Of a stretch of 64,000 bases of DNA, positions 63,450-64,000 are shown piece by piece. Origin of the DNA: Paecilomyces variotii (lineage: Eukaryota); assembly GCA_004022145.1 (NCBI GenBank), contig RCNU01000007.1. One strand, 5' to 3'. Under the pieces are notes generated by a model, which saw nothing but the letters and a program-made list of their open reading frames with translations, did no database searches and was not told the DNA's origin. Numbering within the stretch: the stretch's first letter is position 1; the number at the start of each line of letters is the position of its first letter. Both the position numbers and the translations under genes were made by a program.

Positions 63450-64000
63450 TTATACTTTAGCAGACAGAGAAATCCTTGCTTCTTTCGTTTCCTCTTCCTG
63501 TTCGATTCCCTCGATAAATGATTCCTTAGCAAGCTGCTCTCTTGCCAGATGCCTAGTATTCTTCACATTTTCGTGCGGCCAAACTTGATTAATGGCCCAG
63601 TATACTGTAAACCCGAGAGTAAAAGAAAGACACCACCCCAGATGGCCCAGATTAGAAGCAGATTCTGACACATTCGCGCCGAGTGTCCCGACGAATCCTT
63701 TACCGATGTTAGCGATATTATCCGGACACTTGAAGAACAATGAGTTACTTACCCGGAAATGGTAGCGCGATTGCAACCACATATGCAATGTAAGCCCGTA
63801 AATTCCATCCTCCTGTGTACCAGTAATTCTCATTACTTTTCGTTCCGTTATATAGAGACGGAACAAAAATATTCCCTCTCGAAATCATGAAATACTCGCA
63901 CACCATGATCGCACAGACAGGCGCCATGAAGATTCCATAGCCAGAAAGGAAGGTAAGGAATGTGTTTGCAGAGAACATAATCTTCCATGGACATATGGCG
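63450..64000 (-). CDS. NCS1 (uracil/allantoin/thiamine) permease, 3' part
   Basis: PWKIMFSANTFLTFLSGYGIFMAP..IMVCEYF, YWYTGGWNLRAYIAY..PG|FVG. Confidence 0.88.

Overview
Intron-rich genomic DNA of a filamentous ascomycete, most likely Eurotiales (Aspergillus/Penicillium/Paecilomyces-like, inferred from protein style, intron signals and the recurrent TACTCCGTA motif). About 25 intact genes can be read. The left third (1-27 kb) looks accessory. It holds the 3' end of a secreted LysM protein and an ~11-kb block (Zn2Cys6 regulator, FEX/CrcB fluoride exporter, P-type H+-ATPase of the PMA family, small single-pass membrane protein) bracketed by two degenerate copies of a ~150-bp repeat. It also holds TpA-rich RIP-like relics, a shattered DUF3638-type pseudogene, an intact HNH endonuclease with a 4x65-bp tandem array just upstream, an SDR, a small secreted protein and a membrane protein. 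The middle (28-37 kb) is housekeeping: Rrp46, NAD kinase, GAF/fRMsr and an agmatinase-family enzyme. The right part has a CorA-like gene, an intronless bacterial-style MgtC, a KP4 killer-toxin-like gene, and a run of nitrogen-compound catabolism/transport genes (ALDH, APC permease, ALDH6-like, Fen2/Liz1-like MFS, amidase, NCS1). That run is interrupted by a ~4.7-kb segment flanked by ~70-bp direct repeats, carrying a Spok-like relic, an APH-type kinase and kinase fragments. All calls come from motif recognition by eye; no searches were run. No RNA genes, CRISPR arrays or intact transposases/Starship captains were recognised.
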